Position numbers and translations under genes: made by a program | The notes under the pieces: generated by a model | Databases searched by the model: none | The model's input: the letters and a program-made list of their open reading frames with translations, nothing else | What the model was told of the DNA's origin: nothing | Source: the human T2T-CHM13v2.0 reference genome, Homo sapiens | DNA length: 64,000 bases | Assembly (NCBI RefSeq): GCF_009914755.1 | Contig: NC_060928.1 | Reading direction: 5' to 3' (one strand) | In this document: positions 13,379 to 28,799 of the stretch, piece after piece | How the letters are laid out: every line of letters begins with the position of its first letter | Position numbering within the stretch: position 1 is the stretch's first letter

Positions 13379-13821
13379 TGTAGGCTGAATAATAGCCACA
13401 TGAAGATATCAGGTCCTAATCCTTGGAAACTGTAAATGTTACCTTATTTGGAAAAGCATCTTTCAGGTGTGATTAAGTTAAGGATTTTGAGATGGGAAGA
13501 TTATCCAGGATTATTTGGTGGGCCCTCAATGCAATCACATGTATCCTTATAAGAGAGAAGGCAATATAACCACAGAGACAGAGACTGGAATGATGCAGCC
13601 ACTAGCCAACGAGTGCTGGCAGCCACTAGCAGCTGGAAGAGGCAAAAAACAAATTATCCTCAGGCTTCTGGAGGTAGCCCAGCCCTGCTGACACTTTGAT
13701 TTCAGTGCAGTGACACTGATTTAGGACTTATGACCTCAAGATCTGTGAGAGAATACATTTATGTTCTTTTAAGTTACCAAGTTTATGGTAATTTTTTACA
13801 ATAGCCATAGATAACTAATAT
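13379..13821 (+). mobile_element. MaLR solo LTR (MLT1D-like)
   Basis: tgtaggctgaataat...gtgattaagttaaggattttgagatggg...ataactaata. Confidence 0.8.
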
Positions 13822-14329
13822 AAGGATGAACACAGATATTTAGTAAATCATCAAGACAGTTTCATATTCTGGTACATTAAAAAGATAGTAAAACAGGTGA
13901 CAGATGAAATAGAGTAAAAATATCTTAACATTATTATTCATCAATAATGAAGGTGGGAAAATGGTAAACGAATCAAGGAAGGAACTAATTTCAGAAACTA
14001 CCAGTCTCTGACATCTTCTCAACAAATCCAATGTCATCCATCAGTTTTCATCTTTTTGCACTATTTCACAATTTTGAAGATGTAGATCCTAGGACTAATG
14101 TCTGAGTAAGGCTAAATACTGGCCATGCTTCCAGGTTGTACACTTGGTATTTCTGTATTTGTATAGTTCTGCTGAAAAACTAAGAAAAATACAGAACTAA
14201 TCCCTAGAATTAATTGGTTTGTTAAACTCCTTGAGGACAAAATTTTAAAAAATAAGGCTTTCTTCCTAAAATTCTGTTCTCCCATGGGTTGTATGCACAT
14301 CTACATAGATATACATGTGCATGTTGTAT

Positions 14330-14690
14330 GTTTAACCACCATCTGAATCAAGACATAGAACAATTCAGAATCCCAGCAGACTCCCTCATGCCACCTCTCG
14401 GTTATTACCTCCTCAATGATTACTATTATGATCTCTAGTCCTGTACATTAGTTTTACCAGCTTGTAAACGTCATACAAATAGATTACAGGTAGTATGTTC
14501 TCTTTGGCATCTAGCTATTTTCACTCAATAGTATTCTATAAAGTCATCCATGTTGTTATGTGCATCAGAAGTGTATATTTTCTATTGCCATGTACTATTC
14601 CATTGTATGAATCCACTACAATTTATCCACTGTACTGTTGATGGACACACAGGTTGTTCCCAATTTGGGAATACTATGATGAGTGCTCCT
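14330..14690 (-). mobile_element. Old L1 (L1M) 3' fragment
   Basis: ctattccattgtatgaatccactacaatttatccac...gttgatggacac, typical antisense L1M 3' region. Confidence 0.7.
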
Positions 14691-14995
14691 CAGTACAGCC
14701 TACCGCTCTTCCAAAGAAAATCTCTGTCCACAATTAGCACTCTTCTCTCAAAAAAAACAAACAAAAAAAAAACAAATCCTCCATCTACATTTTATACTCT
14801 TGAGATGGGTGAGGCATGCAACAACAGTCATGGAACTGGTTCTTGGACATAAGTTTTGACATCTGCATTTGATGATTTAATCTAGGAGTAGCTCATCTAC
14901 TATATCTCATGGTCTCTACTTGAAACTTCAATTTTCACATATTGTTGTCACCATTATAAAAACGTGACTTCCGTACACAAAAATATATTAAGCCC

Positions 14996-15286
14996 GGTCA
15001 GGTGTCGTGGCTCACGCCTGTAATCCCAGCACTTTGGGAGGCTGAGACGGGCGAATCACGAGGTTAGGAGATTGAGACCATCCTGGCCAACATGGTGAAA
15101 CCCCGTCTCTACTAAAAATACAAAAATTAGCTGGGCATAGAGGCATATGCCTGTAGTTCCAGCTACTTGGGAGACTGAAGCAAGAGAATCTCTTGAACCC
15201 GGGAGACAGAGGTTGCAGTGGAGCCAATCGCGCCACTGCACTCCAGCCTGGGTGACAGAGCAAGACTCCGTCTCAAAAAAAAAAAA
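14996..15286 (+). mobile_element. AluS (AluSc-like) SINE
   Basis: atcacgaggttaggagattgagaccatcctggccaacatgg and a poly-A tail. Confidence 0.95.
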
Positions 15287-15353
15287 TATATATATATATA
15301 TATACACATAAATATATGTATATATACACATAAATATATATAGAGAGAGAGAG
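15286..15353. repeat. Compound (TA)n/(GA)n microsatellite at the Alu tail
   Basis: Seen directly. Confidence 0.9.
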
Positions 15354-17325
15354 CCCACTTTCTATCAAAATCTTCCTGACTTTTTTTTTTTTCTGGTTGA
15401 CAGAATGATGCTGAACTTCATGTGTAAGAATAAACACATGACAATAGCCAGGAGAAGCAAGAGGAGGGGCAAGAAATGAAGGGATCATTAATGGGCAACA
15501 TATTTTTCTAGGACTATTTATAATTGCAACTGTATTGTGCAATGTCTGGAATTAATCTCAAAGCAAATATTGTATTTTATGGGGGAAAATTTAAAAAACA
15601 ATAAAATACATTAAATAAAAACTAGATAAATGGAGAGACATCTCATATCCATGGATAGAAAAACAATAAAATATATCAATTCTACCAAATGATCTACAAA
15701 GTTAATGCAATTCTAATAAGATTTTTCATAGAATTTGAAATGGCACATATGGAAGGTAGAGATCCAAGGACAGGCAAGATATTCCAGAAGAAGAAGATCC
15801 TAGAACTTTCCTTACCGTATATCAAGACTTTGTATAAAGTTATAATTAAGATACAGTATATTATTGGTGCAAGGATAAACAAATTCACCACAATAACATT
15901 GGAGAGCCAAGAAATAGGCTGCCAGATACATGAAACTTTATATATGAGAGAGCGTATCGAGTAGTGTATCAAAGAGGAAAGGGGTGACAGTTGGAAACAT
16001 ATAGGAAAAGAAATGAAATTGGAACTCTACATTTCATTAGACACACAAAAAAATAAATTCCAGTTGAATACGAATCCAAATGTGAAAGAAACCTCAAATA
16101 CCATGAGGAGACTGCCTTTCTTATCTTAGGATGGAGAAGAATTTCATAATGAAGACACAAAGAGTTCTTCATAAAAGAACATCAAGAAAATTTTATTAAA
16201 ATTTAAAACTGTTCATCAAAATATACAATAAAGTGAAAGTATAAACCACAAACTAGGAGATACATCCAACACATAAAACTTATACCAATTGGTATCCAGA
16301 ACCTCCAAAGAACTACAAACCAGTAAGAAAAAAAAAATAGAAAAATCAGCAAGTAAAATGAAAAGACATTTTACAGAAGAAGAAACAGTGTGGTCAATAA
16401 ACATATACAAAAATATTCAACCCGTCTTAATGTAACCAGAAAAGCACAAAAAGGGTTTAATGAGGTACCATTTCATACCTGTAGATTAGCAAAAACTAAG
16501 AAGTCAAACAATATCTTTATCAGTCAAAAAAATGAAAAACATAAAGTTATGTTAACAGAGAGAATTAATATGGAGAATTTGTTACATGGTGTTGAAGTAC
16601 AGAAAAAACAAAAAGGAAATACAGGGGTGTAGCACAAAGTTACTGCAGGAGGCAGTTACTACCTCTTACCTGTTAGACTAGAGGAATGAAAGAAAGTGGT
16701 AGGGGTTATCATAACTTCGAAGCTGAAAGAGACAAACTAGAGAGTTAGGACCCAGACTTTTGCCTTACTGCTACTGTTTTTCAGGAGTACAGAGGAAGGA
16801 TCCAAGGAGCAAGACACAGAATTCTGAGGAGGATGTTCCATTGGCTGCTACTGGCCATACTTTGGGAGATCAGAGGAGGGTTCCCACAGAGCTGGAACTC
16901 ACCTCTGAGAAGAGGATATTGCTCAGCTGCTTCTCGTGCCTCCAAGTGAACACAATAGTGATGCTGATTCGTGAAGTTAGAAAGAATGTGGAAACTAGAA
17001 AACCACAGCTATAACCAACTGCTGCTGCTAAGGTGAGATCCCATATTTGGAATTACATTGACAAGAATGCCAAACAAACAAGAAAGAAAGTCCCTCATGC
17101 CTCCTCCTACTTTCCAAACTCTCTCATGTACCCAACCTTAGCAGAAACCAAAAGGACGCAAGCTAGCAAACAAACAAAAACAAAAACGAAAACCTATAGT
17201 TTTGATCGTACTAGCTCCATCAATAAGTCAGTACATACCTTTACAATCTGCATGATACCAGTTGTTGCGGAGAATGTGGATCAGTGGGAACTCTGACACA
17301 TTCCTTGTAGAGAATACATGAAACC

Positions 17326-18288
<963 letters not shown>

Positions 18289-18469
18289 TTACCTAATGTA
18301 TGATACCATATTTATCAAGCTCTAAAACAAGAGCACAAAAGTAAATGTATATACACTTATACATGTACATGTATGAGTAATAAAACTGTCCATAAAGAGG
18401 AAGGTAAAAGAAGATGGAAAAGAAGAAACAGAAAAAGAGATACAGGTTATAATTTTTTTTTAGGTTGTG

Positions 18470-18882
18470 TGTTATCTTAATTCATTTTCTGTTGCTTATA
18501 ACAGAATACCTGAAACTGGATAATACGTAAAGAAAAAAATTAATTCTTACAGCTATGGAGGCTGGGAAGTCCAAGGTCAAAGGGCTGAATTTGGTAAGAG
18601 CCTTCTTGCAGCACAGAGTATCACATGGAGAAAGGGCTGAGTGTGTTCATGTGTTTGTGTGCTCACGTATGAGGTCAGGGCTCTGTTCCTCTTCTTACAA
18701 AGCCACCAGTTCTCTCCTATGATAATCCATTAATCCATTAACACATTAATCCATGAATGGATAAGTCTATTTACGAAGGCAGAGCCTTCATGATCCAATC
18801 ACCTCTTAAGGGCCCCACCTTTCAATACAGCCTTGGTGATTAAGTTTGAAGAAGTTTTGGATGGCACAGTCAAACCATAGCA
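18470..18882 (-). mobile_element. MaLR solo LTR (MST/MLT1A-like)
   Basis: ggaggctgggaagtccaaggtc...atccaatcacctcttaagggccccacc...caaaccatagca. Confidence 0.8.
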
Positions 18883-20464
18883 GATGGTGATTTCACAAGT
18901 ATTCATTATATTATTATGCCATGTAACTTACTCATAACTTTATTAAATTATTTGCTATATATCTAAAAGAAAAATAAGTGAAGCTTCCCTAAGTTTTCAA
19001 GTATTGAAAAGAAATAAGAACTTCCAGATATTTTTTAAAGTATTATTAAACTAACACTAAAACTGTGTGGAGTAGGCATTGAAATAGATGGGTTTTTTTC
19101 AACAGAAAAGATTAGAAAGGTCTCAATATAGAAAGAAATTAACTGGTTAGTAAAGGCGATATTTCTAATCAGTGGGGAAAACATGGGGGTAATTTTTAAA
19201 ACAATATTTTCTCATTTCTTCAAAATGAATTCCACATGAAGTTAAATCATATTTCTTAAATGAAGTCACAGCAAACTAGAAAAAAAGTGCATAGATTTCT
19301 GTAATCTGAAGTGGAAATAACTCCTCTAAGCATAGCATGAAGGTCAAGTCACTAAATTAAAGACTGATAATGTGTGTACATAAAATTTTAAATATTCATG
19401 TGGCCAAAAGCACTATTAGGATCATGTAAACTTCCAGCAAAGACAGAAGATTTGTGCCAGTCTTCTTGCTGAGGAAACCCAGAAAATCTAGACATAATAT
19501 TTTTTAATCTGCTTGAAATTATCAGAGTTACCAAATTATGACATGAGAATTTATGGGGCTAAGATTTAGTTGAAGAAAAAAGCCCAAAGAGCAGGAGACA
19601 GCTTTAGGGGCAACTGTCCCCAGATAGTATCTGCTGATTCAGGAAGTAGAATTGAGACATAGGATAAGTAGCATTTTTAACAGCCTCATAAAACTGGGAG
19701 GAGAAGGGGTAAACATGGGAGTTCAGGCCATGTCAAGGAGGAAAGAGCCTTAGTAAACCAGCCTACATTCTTTGGGTTGGGACCCTGAAAAGCTACATCT
19801 TAGAAGAAAGAGTGAGTGAACCAGAAATAGGCAGTCCCCATAGGAAGTGAAGCCAAATTTTTGGTTATCTCAATTTTTCATTAAGATAATCTCGGGTTGC
19901 TAATTTTCTTAAGTGAATCACATACAAGAAGTAAAAGCGTATTCTTTCTGGAAGAAGATAATATAAAAATATCTCTATAATTTTCCATGATTAATATCTG
20001 GCACTCAATCAAAAACGTTGCATTGAAGAACAAGACTTTCTGACTGAAAATCAAAAGAAATTGTGAACAAAAGAAGTACGGCACAGGGACCTAAATTATG
20101 GAGATATAAACCATGAACTTTAAACAGCTAATATATTTATGGGATTAAATGACAAGACTGAGAATTTGGTCTGGGAAGCTGAAATTATAAAAAAGAACCA
20201 AATGGAAATTAGCTAAAAATATAATAACTGAAGTTAACCCAATAAATAAGTGTTATGCCTGGTTACACATAGCCAAAGAGAGAAATAATAAGGTAGAAGT
20301 AAGTCAATAAAATATTCAGACTAACAGACACAAAGACAATGGAATAGAAAATACAGAATATACAGTAAGAAACATGTATGAAATGTATAATTGGAGTTCC
20401 GAGAGATATATTGTTTTCTTGCTTCATCACAAAGTTGGCATTTCAGAGCAGTGAAAAAGGGCCC

Positions 20465-20770
20465 TTTTTTCTTTTCTTTTCTTTTTTTTTTTGAAATGGA
20501 GTCTCGCTATGTCGTCCAGGCTGGAGCGCAGTGGCACGATCTCAGCTCACCACAGCCTCCTCTCCCAGGTTCAAGCAATTGTCCTGCCTCAGCCTCCTGA
20601 GTAGCTAGGATTACAGGTGCGCACCACCATGCCCGGCTAATTTTTGTATTTTTAGTAGGGACGGGATTTTACCATGTTGGTCAGGCTCGTCTTGAACTCC
20701 TGACCTTGTGATCCACCCGCCTCAGCCTCCCAAAGTGCTGGGATTATAGGTGGGAGCCACCATGCCCAGC
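20465..20770 (-). mobile_element. AluS (Sg-like) SINE with TSD
   Basis: Antisense dimer; aagggccct at 20457 and 20773. Confidence 0.95.
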
Positions 20771-20779
20771 ATAAGGGCC

Positions 20780-21960
20780 CTCTTTTCAATAAATTGTCTT
20801 GGGCCAATTGGATAGTCATTTAGAACAAAAGTGAATCTTGAATCGTACGTGATACCATATTCAAAAATCAGTTCTGGCCATTTCATAAAGCTAAGTCCGA
20901 AGGTGAGAAACTTCTTAAAAGATTACATAGGGAAATATTTTTGAGACCTTGCAGTGGGTGAAGAGTTTTTAAAGAAGAAATGAAGAAACCAACCTTTAAA
21001 GGAAAAGTTGAGTAAATGAGTTACATTGAAATTTTAAAATTCTTCTCATCAAAAGATACATTTAAGCAAATTAAAATGAAAACCACAGAGCAGAAGAAAA
21101 TATTTTCAGTACATATAATGCAGACACTTGTATCTAGAATTGGAAAGTTTACCTGCAGCTATAAGAAATCGACACAAATAACCCAATAGAATGTTCGACA
21201 TGAGGCTTGAATAGGCACTTCATGAAATGGCCAATAACATGAAAAGGTTCTTAACTTCATTAGTAATCAGTTAAATGCAAATGCAAACTATTATAAGTTA
21301 CCACTACCCATACACCAGAATGGTTAAGTTACAAAGGCTGATATTGCCAAGAATTGGAGAAGATGTGAAACCATTAAATTTTCCATGCACTGCTGATAGG
21401 AGTATATATTTCTGTAACCACTTTGTAAACCTGTTTGGCATCATCTAGTAAAGCTGAATATACACAACCTATAGTTGGGCAGTTTGATTTCTTAGTATCT
21501 ACCCAAACAAAAGGCAACCAAAGGTATGTACAAGAATGTTCATGGCAGTATTATGCATAATACCTCAAGACTGGAACCAGTCTAAATGTCCATCCACAAT
21601 TGAGATGTTGCATATTCCCACAGTGGAATATTATACAGCAATGAAAATGAATGAATTGCTACATATTACAATATGAAAAAAAAAACAATATGTTAGGTGA
21701 AAGAAGCCAGAGACAAGTGAGAACATCTTCTGTGAATCTGTTTTCATAAGGTAAAAACAAACAAACAAACAAACGAACAAACAAAACATTGGTATTAGAA
21801 GTAAAGTACTGGCTACCTATGAGTGAGGTACCAGTACTTTCGAATTACTGATAACATTCTATTTCTTGACTTGGATGGTGGTCACATGGATGTGTGTTCT
21901 TTCTTATAATTCACTTAGCTATGAAGTTGATGTGTACAATCTTCTGTATGTTTTGCTTAT
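20780..21960 (+). mobile_element. Old L1 (L1MB/ME-like) 3' portion
   Basis: cttcattagtaatcag...aatgcaaat; aagaatgttcatggcag...aaatgtccatc...ggaatattatacagcaatgaaaatgaatgaa. Confidence 0.8.
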
Positions 21961-23459
21961 ATAATTATAAATATATACATATATAATTGATAGCAAATGC
22001 ATATAAAATATCTAGACTAATACAAACCAAATTATGAATAGCTATTAATAGTAGTGAGATTATAGAGAACTATCCCTTTCCATTTAAACATTTTGATATT
22101 GTATGAAATTTGTTACAGTGAACATAAATTTGATTTAAAAATGGAAAAGAAAGGATAAAAATAGTTCAACAGTAACAAAAGACGAATAATAAACAACAGT
22201 CCTTTTCACAGTAGGTAGATGAGAACTTTGTCATATGATTAGTATATTCTGCTAATACATACAAAACCTGCTAGTTTAATAATCATCTAAAAGCCTTTGT
22301 TTGAAAAGAAATAACTCTTGCTTGTAACAGAACCCCAAACTGGTTTGTGAGCTGCAATTTTCCATCTGTCCACAGTTCTGCCTCATTGCATGGGGACGTG
22401 CTTCATTGATTCCTAAAGCATAGCTCCAGACAAAACCAAAAATCTGTAGAGCAGAAGAGTTCTCAAATCACCTCCACAGCTGTAAAAACCAGACCTATCA
22501 CAACTCACCAGCAAGGCTGGCATGGTTAGATAAGGTAATATGTGTAGAAGTGTTCTGAAAAATAGGAGTTGTGGTACAAACACAAAACATTATTTGAAGC
22601 TTGATTGTGGGAGCTTTGAAGGTGTGAATTTCCTTCACCATCAAAAGCCGGCATAAAGATTCCAGTGGTACTAGGGAAATGGCATTTCCGGAGTCCATGG
22701 AATGGCAGCGCTGCAAATGTTCTCTAACTCCTAATATCCTTTACTTTGATCTCTTCTGAAACCTTGTTTTATACAGCCCTCCTCCATTGCATAACTGCTT
22801 TATCTATGATGGTCCTTAGCTATGTCATCTGGGTTTTCAGTGTATCTACGTTGTAAAATTTAAGACATTCAGACAAGTGAGATACTGCTATAAAGTATTA
22901 TCTTAATTTTGAGAGGGCATTTCCCAAAAGTGAGTTCTTTGGACATTAGTCCAATGAATTGCTGTTTAGTTTGAAAACAGCTATAGCTACTCTACTTTTG
23001 GAAGGTGACAATACACTTGAACAGACTATATTGTGAGAAATACTGCAATAAATAATCTCCGTTGACCTTTTACAACCCAACATTACTTGAAAAAGGGTTA
23101 TTTAGTCAAATACATTTCTGGAAATTCCCTGAACTTATTTGACCAAAGAACCCATTTTCTAAATAATATTTACTAATATATAGAACTAATATAACTAATA
23201 TCACATAAAATATTATTTTAGAAGCCCTACTTTTAAAAATTCCAGAAAAGAAATAAATCATATGCATAGTTAAGAAACTTAGTTCTAATACTTAAATCCT
23301 CATTATAGAAGGGCTCATATGCAAAAGGTTTCAATTTCTCCTTAAATATATGGGGAGCTCAGTATTATGATATACAAATGTTTTGATTCAGAATGTTTAA
23401 AACTTTCTCAGTGCCTTAGTCATTATTACTAAAATAAATTAGTATCATAAGAACATGAA

Positions 23460-23660
23460 GAGAAGCTCAAGCGTGGTGGTTAAAGCAGTAGCATAGATTT
23501 GAATAGATCTGATTTACATTTGTAGTCATGTTTATGACGTTGGACAAGTAATCTAAATTTTGTGAGTTTCAGTTTTCTCACCTATAAAATAGAGATTATA
23601 GTAATAGTACTTAACAGGATTATTAAAAAGCTTATCAATACATATACAGTGCTTAGTATA
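23460..23660 (+). mobile_element. MIR SINE
   Basis: tgacgttggacaagt...tcagttttctcacctataaaatagagattata. Confidence 0.65.
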
Positions 23661-24019
23661 ACACTAAATCTATATTAGAACCTTTTATTAAAGTGTCTCA
23701 TTTTCATATCAAGTAAGCACATTAGTACATAAATATTCAAATGAATTTTGTCTATAAAGACTTCGCGATGGCAACCTATCCAGTTAAGCCAGTGATGCTA
23801 ATATTTTGAAATATCTTTTTTTGCGAGATGAGTAAAGGGAGAAAGAGTAAGCTTTCTGACTAAATATGGATAAATTAAAGTTTGGTATGATACAGGAGAA
23901 TCATTTTCCTGAAGAAATTTAACTGAATTCAATAAAAACACTAGATATAGCCCCTGCACACACAAAGCCATAGATTAATACTACCCGCTGTGTGATAGTT
24001 AACATTGAAAAACGAGTTT

Positions 24020-24254
24020 CCTGGAGAAGAAGAAATTCTACCTTAAAACTGTAACAGTCTAGAAATCCTGCCTGAGTTTCCAGCCAGCGACTTGCCCTAC
24101 AAATTACAGACTTGCCAGCACCCACAATCATATGAACCAATTCTTTCAAATTCTTCTCTTTCTTGCTCTCTGTCACTACACACACACACACAGACACACA
24201 CACACACACACACACAAAGTGGTTCTGTTTCTCCAGAGAACCCTGATTGATACA
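24020..24254 (+). mobile_element. MLT2 (ERVL) LTR 3' part containing an interrupted (CA)n tract (~24178-24216)
   Basis: cagacttgccagcacccacaatc...ggttctgtttctccagagaaccctgattgataca. Confidence 0.8.
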
Positions 24255-26961
24255 TGCTGTGAGGGATACCAAGGTGAATTATGACTTTATTTGATTAGTA
24301 TTTATGCTGCCTTTGCAAATAAAAGAATTTTTCCAATTCCTCTTTTTTTTGAGTACCCATTATGAAACAGACACCTCATGAGGAAATTTAGCATATATTG
24401 TCTAACTTCCTCTTTATAATGATCCAACAAAAGTAAGAAGTAAATCTTAAATATTAGAAACTGCAATTTGTGAATTACTTTACAGAATATAAGACCCCGA
24501 AAGAAGGGATACAAATATAGAAAAAATAAAGCAAGAAGTGAGGAAATTCATAGACATGAACAAAATAAGTAGGAAAAAGAAATTACTTTGAAACTGAAAT
24601 AAAATTTTGAGTTATCCTGGGCTAAGCCTACTTAGCTTTTTCCAAAAAAAAATCTTAATTTTTATATAATGGATTTAGCACATCTTTCCCTAGTTACTTG
24701 ACCCTCCACTACTCCATGGTATATTCATGACAACTATTTAACAATATATACTTAAATAAGAAAAAATATGGCTATAAGGAGAGAAATAAAACATGAATTT
24801 AATTTCAGCTCTACTTATTACTAATTTATAGGCCTTGGGTAGGCTTCTTAGCCTCAGTTTTGTTACCCATAAAATAGAAGTAAGAGTAAACACTTCACAA
24901 GGGTATTATGAAGATCAAAATACTAGTATTTTAAAGAAATGCAAGGGAGAGGACAGCACAATGCTGTCAATAAAAGCCAAGTTTCTGAAGTTTTTGCAAT
25001 TCTGCAAACTGTATACAAGCTCTAAGTTCTTCTCAACACTAAACCAAAAACTTTTTCAAACTAAACCTCTGTTGCTGTTTTAAATGAAACTTTTAGAAAT
25101 GAAAATTATAATCATTGAAATTAAAATCTTAGTGACTGGATTAAGTAGTAGATTTGAAACAGCTCAGTAACTGGAAAATAAATATGATGAAATTACCCAG
25201 AATGTACCACAGATGTATCAGGATATTTTTTAAAAATGGGAGAGACATTGAAAAACATGGAGAATAACCTGGGAAGGTGTAACATGTAACTACAGTTGAA
25301 GAAAGAGAAGAGAGAAAGGATATGGAAGAGGTAATATGCTGAAATGTAAAGACTAAGGATTTTCTAGAATTAATGAAAGACATTAAATGCACATAAGCAA
25401 AACACAATATTCTAAGCAGAATAATAGAAAGTGACACCTGAATTCATTGTATTAACATTCCATAACCTACCAAAATGTGAAAAAAAAGTTTTTAGGTTAT
25501 ATCCTGTATATGCTAGTCACAGATTAAATCCTCTATATGCTAATCATAAATTAATCTATTTTTCTTGTAACCAGGAAAATACAAAATAATAACATATGTC
25601 ATAATGATACATTTAATTGCAATTTTAAAGCATTTGTTGTTTTTCTTATAGGTGTGTACGTGCATGCACGTGTGTGTATGTGTGTGTGTATGTTTCTCTC
25701 TGTATCAGGCCAATTCATTACTTGCTGGAAGTCATACCACAAAGCATTTTTGCCAACTATTTATGTTCTTTCCTTACTTAGGTAAAGTAAATCCCATACT
25801 TTCTCAGTAGGGTTAAGGTCAAGACTCTGAGGGGAGCCACTCCTTCCTAATTAGTTCCCCAGACTCCTCTTTTTTTCCCCCTTTAAATGGCCACAACAGT
25901 CTAGAAAAATGTTTGGAGTCATAATCCCCCTGATAAATGAATCCCTGATCAAGCAGCTGGTTTCCAGAAGGGACTCCTTGCTGTGCTGCAATTATGTTGA
26001 AGCTGAACTCCAGTAGTTCAGGTCATGGCTGAAGTACTGAAGGGAAAAATACCTATCTCAGAGCTCCACTGTATGACACAGTAAGCTACAAGACTCCTGC
26101 TTCTCCTCTCCAAAGCCCTCACCCAAAGATCAATATTCTTCTTAGTTAATGAGAAAAATACTTAATGATGTGAATGCACGTGCAGGTCCTTGACTGGTGA
26201 CCCACGCAGGGGAGATTCATGCCTTCAGAGTGTACTGGCAATTTAAAACCCATCCTAGAAAGCTTGAAAATGATTTTCTATTTATTCGATAATATACTTA
26301 ATTTTTCAGTTACTAAATAGTTATCTATTAACAGTGGAGCCACATTATTTGAGATTTCGCAGGTAAAAGGTATAAAGGAAAATATTTATAAATACCAAGT
26401 TATATATCATACTAAGAGTTAGGAAAAGTCACATCTTAAATATTAGAAATGAAACGGCTCTTTAAAACACACAGAGGAACATATACAGAATTTTTCACCT
26501 GAGGACTGCCTGATTGTATAGATTTTCAGATACCTTTCCATAAATCTTACAGACTTATTTTCCCTCCCTGATTCTGCTAGGATAATAAAAATGTCCTGTT
26601 CGTGTTCCACGTCAATGGGCTCAGTCCTTCCTCATTTAATACTGTCAATAATGTTAGGTCAAATATGAAGTTGATTTGTGTTTATGCGGAGACGATGTTA
26701 ACTTCTCTACTTTAAGTATTTCTAACTAAACATACCCTTCCATGAGATCACTATGTGTCCTCCTTTACCTTAATTTCAGAAAAAGAATTCAAATCATTCC
26801 AGAAAAAAAAAGAGATGTTTTAGAAGGCAATGAGACTCTTATTGTATGAAAAGAGATGACAATCACCCCTATGCAAAGTTAAAGGATGACAGACTATAGA
26901 AGAGGTTTACAACATGTAAAATAGAAAAAGAATCAATAATCAGAATAAAGAATGCCAACTT

Positions 26962-27367
26962 CACTAGGCTTTCGTAAGGCTGCCACAACAAATTACCACA
27001 AATTGAGTGGCTTAAAACAACAGAAATCAATTCTCTTACAGTTCTGGAGGTAGTAAGTCCCAAATCAAGCTGTCGAAGGCTCCAGGGGAAAGCACCCCTT
27101 GGCTTGTGGCTACATCATTCCAGTCTCTGTCTCCATCTGCACTTGACCTTCTCCTCCATCTGCCCTATGTTCTTCCTTTGTGTGTCTCTTGGAAGGACAC
27201 TTGTTGGATTTACAGCCCACCTAGATAATATAGGATGATCTTATCTTGAGATTCTTAACTGAATCACTTCTGCAAAGACGCATTTTCAAATAAGATCACA
27301 TTATAGGTTCCAGAGGTTAGAACATGAGTATATCTTTGTGGGGTTGGGTCCTAATTCAACACAATAC
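26962..27367 (-). mobile_element. MaLR solo LTR (MLT1C-like)
   Basis: ggctgccacaacaaattaccacaaattgagtggcttaaaacaacagaaat...cttctgcaaagac. Confidence 0.8.
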
Positions 27368-27494
27368 GCCTATCAGATTTTTAGTTAAAAGCTTATAGAA
27401 GCTTTTAATTTGAGGCAATCTCCTCTACTATGAACATGTAATATTAAATAGAGAAAGTATAAAAACAATTCAAGATGCAAATCATAGTGAATCA

Positions 27495-27831
<337 letters not shown>

Positions 27832-28635
27832 CTATGGGTGCAAATGACTTCAGGTCTTCTTGAAAAGACAAATGAATTTAACTCAATATTACAGGGACCA
27901 ATAATAACTATAGAACAGTGCTGTATAAATGTTGGGCATCCTTGTATCATCTCACTGTCGGAGGGAAGGTTTTCAACATTAAAACATTTTCTTTCTAATC
28001 CTAATTCTAAATAAATACTAAATGTTATCAAACTTTTTTAGTGAGGATTTTTCCTATTAATGTTGTTTAGTACATTGAGTTAATAATTTCTGAAATAAAT
28101 TCTATCTATTCATTAAAAAAAATTACAGAGACCTAAAGTGCATTCAACAAAAGTCTGTATTCACTCATGATTTTAAAAAATAATAACTTCTTGAAAATGA
28201 AGAATAGAAGGAAACTTCCTTAATCTGATTTTTAAAAATAACTCGCAAAAGCCTCTGTAAACATCACGCTAAATGGGAAAACTTTTGAAGCATTTCTAAA
28301 TTGGGAATAAATAAGCAAGTTTGCTTGCTATTATCTTCTGTATTCACCACCATATAGGGAAGAAACGTTGCAAAGGAAAAGACAACACTGTCTCTGTGAT
28401 GATATGATCACCATGATAGAAAAGACAAGCAAATCTCTTAATAAACTCATAGACCTAAAAAGAGTTCATTAAGCTTGCTGGATACAAGATCAACATACAA
28501 AAATTAGTGATATTTCTAAACACCAGCTACACCAGCGAAAGCAACCAGAAAGTATAAAGAAAAACGGTATCATTCACAAACACAAAAACTGTAAGGTAAT
28601 GAGAAACAAAAGATGTTCAAAAACATTGTGGACAT

Positions 28636-28799
28636 AGCTGGGCATGGTGGCACATGCCTGTAGTCCCAGCTACTTGGGAGGCTGAGGCAGGAGGATCATT
28701 TGAACCCAAGAGTTAGAGATTGAAGTGAACTGTGATTGCACCACTGCTCTCTAGCCCAAGCAACAGGGCAAGACCTTGTCACAAAAAAAAAAAAAAAAA
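28636..28799 (+). mobile_element. Alu right monomer (FRAM/AluJ right arm)
   Basis: agctgggcatggtggcacatgcctgtagtcccagctac... followed by poly-A. Confidence 0.88.
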
